Shown: one piece after another, positions 59,596-64,000 of the stretch
How the letters are laid out: each line of letters starts with the position of its first letter
How positions within the stretch are numbered: the stretch's first letter is position 1
DNA from: an uncultured Gemmatimonadaceae bacterium
Lineage (GTDB): Bacteria > Gemmatimonadota > Gemmatimonadetes > Gemmatimonadales > Gemmatimonadaceae
NCBI GenBank assembly: GCA_963740355.1
Contig: CAVUDW010000002.1
Span: 1,664,001-1,728,000, forward strand
Reading direction: 5' to 3'
Length of the DNA: 64,000 bases
Made by a program: the position numbers and the translations under genes
Notes under the pieces: generated by a model
Database searches by the model: none
Seen by the model: the letters and a program-made list of their open reading frames with translations, nothing else
Told to the model about the DNA's origin: nothing

Positions 59596-59644
59596 TCGGC
59601 TGGCAAACTTCAATGCAGCGCGCACCCTCGTCGCAGGTAACAGC

Positions 59645-60904
59645 TCAGCGCAGTCCAGCGAGCGTTGCGAGTACGAGCGCCACATACTGCGGCCCGAGGA
59701 AACCGTTGGGGCCGTCTTCGTAGGACTCGTTCAGTGAGTGCGCCGTGGCGCTGCGGCCGCCGGCGTCGAGCGTGATGGCGGGAATGCCAAGGCCGATCGG
59801 CACATTCGAGTCGGTGCTGGAGGCCTGCGGCGTGACGGGGAAGCCAAGTGCCTTGCCGGCTTCGACGGCGATGCGCACGATGCGGGCGCTATCGGGCTGC
59901 GAGCCCGCGGGGCGGATGCCGATGGTGTCGATGGTCATCGTGAGCGGCACCTTGCTGTTCGGCCAGCGTGCCAGTTCCTCACGCAGCGCCGCGCGAATCG
60001 CGACCTGGAACTTGGCATCGAGCGTTGCGAGTGACGCCGCGCTTTCGGAGCGCATGTCGACTTCGACGATGCCCTCGTAGGGAATCGAGTTCACTGAGGT
60101 ACCGCCGCGGACCACGCTGGCGCTGAAGGTCGTCTTCGGATTGTCAGGAACCGTGAAGTCGGACATCTTCGCGATCGCACGACCCATCGCATGGATGGGG
60201 TTCGGCATGCCGAACGCGCCGTAGCTGTGACCGCCCGGGCCCTTGTACGACACGCGATACCGATTGCTGCCTACCGCGCCGCTGGTGGCACCGAATCCGG
60301 TGCCGTCGACCGAGATGAAATAGTCGATCTTGCCCTTCAACTCGCCGTTGAAGAGTGCACGCACGCCGCGAAGGTTGCCGGGGCCTTCCTCTCCAACCGT
60401 TCCGACGACGTACACCATGCCCGCCGTGTGCACGTTCGCCGCACGCATCGCACGCACCACGCTCAACACCGTCGCCAGGCCGCGACAATCGTCGCCGATG
60501 CCAGGTGCCGTCAGGCGCGTGCCACCCTGCGGCGTGCTGTCGCGCTTGACCTTCACATCCGTGCCCTCGGGAAACACCGTGTCGAGGTGCGCCGAAAGAA
60601 CCACCGTTGGGCCGTTGCCCACACCGGCCCGTTCGCCGATCACGTTGCCCGTGGCATCGATGCGCACGTTGGTGATGCCGAGCGACTCCAGGCGTCGCTT
60701 GAACTCAGCGGCGCGCATCGCCTCCTTGAACGGCGGCGACGGGATCTCGCAGATCGACGCCTGCTGCTCGAGCGTCCAGGCGTTGTCGGTGCGGAGGGTG
60801 GCGAGCACGTTCCGCATGCCAGCGTTGGTCATCGGCACCGCGATCGGCTGGGCGTGCAGCGTCGCTGAGGTCAGCAGGAGCAGTGCGGAGGCTTTCTTGA
60901 GCAT
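59645..60904 (-). CDS. Secreted M20/M25/M40 metallopeptidase
   Basis: SAHLDTVF, GIGDD, GEEG.GNLRG, STD, AHSLNE. Confidence 0.9.
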   Translation of the reverse strand: MLKKASALLLLTSATLHAQPIAVPMTNAGMRNVLATLRTDNAWTLEQQASICEIPSPPFKEAMRAAEFKRRLESLGITNVRIDATGNVIGERAGVGNGPTVVLSAHLDTVFPEGTDVKVKRDSTPQGGTRLTAPGIGDDCRGLATVLSVVRAMRAANVHTAGMVYVVGTVGEEGPGNLRGVRALFNGELKGKIDYFISVDGTGFGATSGAVGSNRYRVSYKGPGGHSYGAFGMPNPIHAMGRAIAKMSDFTVPDNPKTTFSASVVRGGTSVNSIPYEGIVEVDMRSESAASLATLDAKFQVAIRAALREELARWPNSKVPLTMTIDTIGIRPAGSQPDSARIVRIAVEAGKALGFPVTPQASSTDSNVPIGLGIPAITLDAGGRSATAHSLNESYEDGPNGFLGPQYVALVLATLAGLR

Positions 60905-60984
60905 GGATTTGGCGCAGACCGGTCAAGGGGAAACCGCGAACGACAGTTGCCAACGGTGTGCCGGCTCGCCGCCGGCACGCGCGA

Positions 60985-61422
60985 TCAGATCCCGTGAAAA
61001 ATCGCGAGGTATCCAGCGAGGCCTGCGATGATCGGCACCACGATGTAGATCGGCTTCGCCAACGCCGGAATGCGATACGGCAGGATCGAGAGCACCGCCA
61101 CGATCACCCAGATCGCAACCTTCGCCCACAACCAGCCGGGGAAGAGCGCGGTCTTGGTGAGACCAAGGCGAGCCGCCTGGCCGAATCCACCGGCCAGCGC
61201 CAGCAGCATGCCGAGACCAAACACACTCGCCGTCAGCCCGCGTGTGCGGCTGGTCGCCTTGGTGCCGCCATTCGCTGCGTGGATCGCGATACCGCCAAGC
61301 GACGTCATCGCGAGGAAGAGCCCGAAGATGTGCAGGCTCTTGTAGAACAGCTGCGTACGGAAGAAGGGCAGCGGAGCGGGCGCCGATGCGGCGACATCCT
61401 GCAGCAGGGCAAACAAGGTCAT
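60985..61422 (-). CDS. Small 4-TM membrane protein (SirB2-like)
   Basis: YKSLH, L.LAGG, GWLWAK. Confidence 0.65.
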   Translation of the reverse strand: MTLFALLQDVAASAPAPLPFFRTQLFYKSLHIFGLFLAMTSLGGIAIHAANGGTKATSRTRGLTASVFGLGMLLALAGGFGQAARLGLTKTALFPGWLWAKVAIWVIVAVLSILPYRIPALAKPIYIVVPIIAGLAGYLAIFHGI

Positions 61423-61490
61423 GACGCTTCCGAATTGATGACGAGGTGGGCCGACGAATCGATCGCGATCAGGCTGCGATCAGGACGCGA

Positions 61491-62591
<1,101 letters not shown>

Positions 62592-62655
62592 AGAGAAAAT
62601 CCGAGAAGGTTTGAAGCAACAGGAGGAGCGGGAGCAACGCGTGCAGCAGGAGCGA

Positions 62656-63246
62656 TCACGGCGTGGGGCTGGCCGGTGGATTGAACTTATTCATCATGGC
62701 CGTGATTCCCTCACGGACCCAGCATTCGCAGGCGTCGCCGATGCGAGGCAGGGCGGCTTCCATGAACTCCGTCTCCTCGCGGCCGAACTGGCCGAGCACG
62801 AAGTCGGAGAGATTGCCGACGCTGGCGCGCGGATGAAATGGCGCGACGCCGATGCGGAGGCGGGGGTAGCCGGTGGACCCGACGTGCGCCTGAACCGACT
62901 TCAGGCCGTTATGCCCGCCAGCGCTGCCGCTGGGACGGGTGCGCATTGAGGCGAACGGCAGCGCGACCTCGTCGACGATCACGAGCAGGTCCTGCGCCGG
63001 GTCCCAACCAGGCCGGTTGAGAAATGGCTTCAGCACTTCGCCGCTGAGATTCATGTACGTCTGCGGCTTCACCAGCTTCACGACGTCGGTGCCGACCCGC
63101 GCAGTGGCCACCATCGCCTTGCCATCCTTCTTCCAGCCGTCGGTGTCCCAGCGGCGTGCGAGATGGTCGAGCACCCACCAGCCGATGTTGTGCCTGGTGC
63201 GCTCGTATTCCTTGCCGGGGTTGCCGAGGCCGAGAAAGACTTTCAT
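62656..63246 (-). CDS. pth: Peptidyl-tRNA hydrolase
   Basis: GLGNPG.EY..TRHNIG, KPQTYMNLSG, GGHNGLKS, RLRIGV. Confidence 0.97.
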   Translation of the reverse strand: MKVFLGLGNPGKEYERTRHNIGWWVLDHLARRWDTDGWKKDGKAMVATARVGTDVVKLVKPQTYMNLSGEVLKPFLNRPGWDPAQDLLVIVDEVALPFASMRTRPSGSAGGHNGLKSVQAHVGSTGYPRLRIGVAPFHPRASVGNLSDFVLGQFGREETEFMEAALPRIGDACECWVREGITAMMNKFNPPASPTP

Positions 63247-63257
63247 GAGAAGAAACG

Positions 63258-63297
63258 GAAGCGGGGCGCCATGCGAATCCGCAGAGCGCCCCGCTTC
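63258..63297 (-). terminator. Hairpin between rplY and pth
   Basis: gaagcggggcgc ... gcgccccgcttc followed by cgtttcttct on the minus strand. Confidence 0.6.
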
Positions 63298-63310
63298 ACA
63301 ACAGATGGAA

Positions 63311-63958
63311 TTACTTCGCGTCGTCGGCGAGCTTCTTGGCGCGGAGCACTTCCGGCTCGGCTGCCGCAGCAGCGGCATCTGCAGCGGCGTCGGTCGCGTT
63401 GACCTTCGGTGCGGCGACCACGACCACTGAGGCATCCGGGTCGGTGAGGACCGTGACGCCGGCCGGCAACTGGATGTCGCGGACGTGGATCGAGTCACCG
63501 ATGTTGAGCGCCGAGACATCGATGTCGATGTGGTTCGGGATCGACGACGGATCGACGCTGATTTCCAGTTCGCGCATCGTCTGGTCGAGGATGCCGGCGA
63601 ACGAGCGAACGCCGACCGAGACACCGACGACGACGAGCGGGATGCTGACGGTGATCATCTCACCGGCCACCAGTTCCTGGAAGTCCACGTGCACGAGCTG
63701 CTTCTTGAACGGGTGCTTCTGGATCTCGCGGATCAGCGTGCGGGACACCTTGCCGTCGATGCTCAGTTCCACGACGGTCGAGCCAGCTGAGACGCGCTCG
63801 AGGAGGCGCTCCAGTTCGCGCGTCGGGACGGAGAGGGACATCGGCTCGCGCTTGTGGCCGTAGATGACGGCCGGCACGGAGCCAGCGCGGCGCAGCGAGC
63901 GGGCAGCGCCCTTTCCGGATTCGGAGCGAACAGTTGCAGAGAGCGTGGCAGTAGACAT
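63311..63958 (-). CDS. rplY: 50S ribosomal protein L25/Ctc
   Basis: GKGAARSLRR.G.VPAVIYG, EIQKHP....HVDF, IP..I.IDVS.L.IGDSIHV.D. Confidence 0.95.
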   Translation of the reverse strand: MSTATLSATVRSESGKGAARSLRRAGSVPAVIYGHKREPMSLSVPTRELERLLERVSAGSTVVELSIDGKVSRTLIREIQKHPFKKQLVHVDFQELVAGEMITVSIPLVVVGVSVGVRSFAGILDQTMRELEISVDPSSIPNHIDIDVSALNIGDSIHVRDIQLPAGVTVLTDPDASVVVVAAPKVNATDAAADAAAAAAEPEVLRAKKLADDAK

Positions 63959-63988
63959 CGTGGAAACTCCTCGGGGACGCGCGCGGCG

Positions 63989-64000
63989 TCAGTCAAACAA
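63989..64000 (-). CDS. Last codons (LFD*) of an upstream gene, probably ribose-phosphate pyrophosphokinase
   Basis: Only 4 codons visible; inferred from the common prs-rplY-pth order. Confidence 0.35.
   Translation of the reverse strand: MFD

Overview
GC-rich bacterial chromosome segment, probably Gemmatimonadota (inferred from the Ser/Thr kinase-TolB family and gene content; not proven). It has two halves. (1) 1 to ~29.1 kb is an accessory region of unrelated small genes: ArsR/SRPBCC, kinase, SDR, a split copper amine oxidase, secreted unknowns, a TPR hybrid sensor kinase, map and an Mrr nuclease. It holds three disrupted genes and an IS30 remnant. It is punctuated by a family of long palindromes (core CCGGTGACAGTGCACTCA...TGAGTGCACTGTCACCGG) that I see only here. 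Near-identical sister copies bracket gene blocks as direct repeats, as if cargo had been inserted at the palindrome, and one pair also duplicates the 3' end of the neighbouring gene. At the right edge is an integron-type cassette (attI-like core, gene, attC) with no integrase. (2) ~29.2-64 kb is mostly core genome: lolA, aroF, RNase Z-like, smc, SPOR proteins, Omp85, rsfS, rplI, rpsR, rpsF, a D-amino-acid utilisation cluster, ychF, pth and rplY. It also has two copies of a second inverted-repeat element. No rRNA, tRNA, CRISPR array, intact transposase or integrase was recognised. All family calls come from motif recognition by eye; no searches were run.
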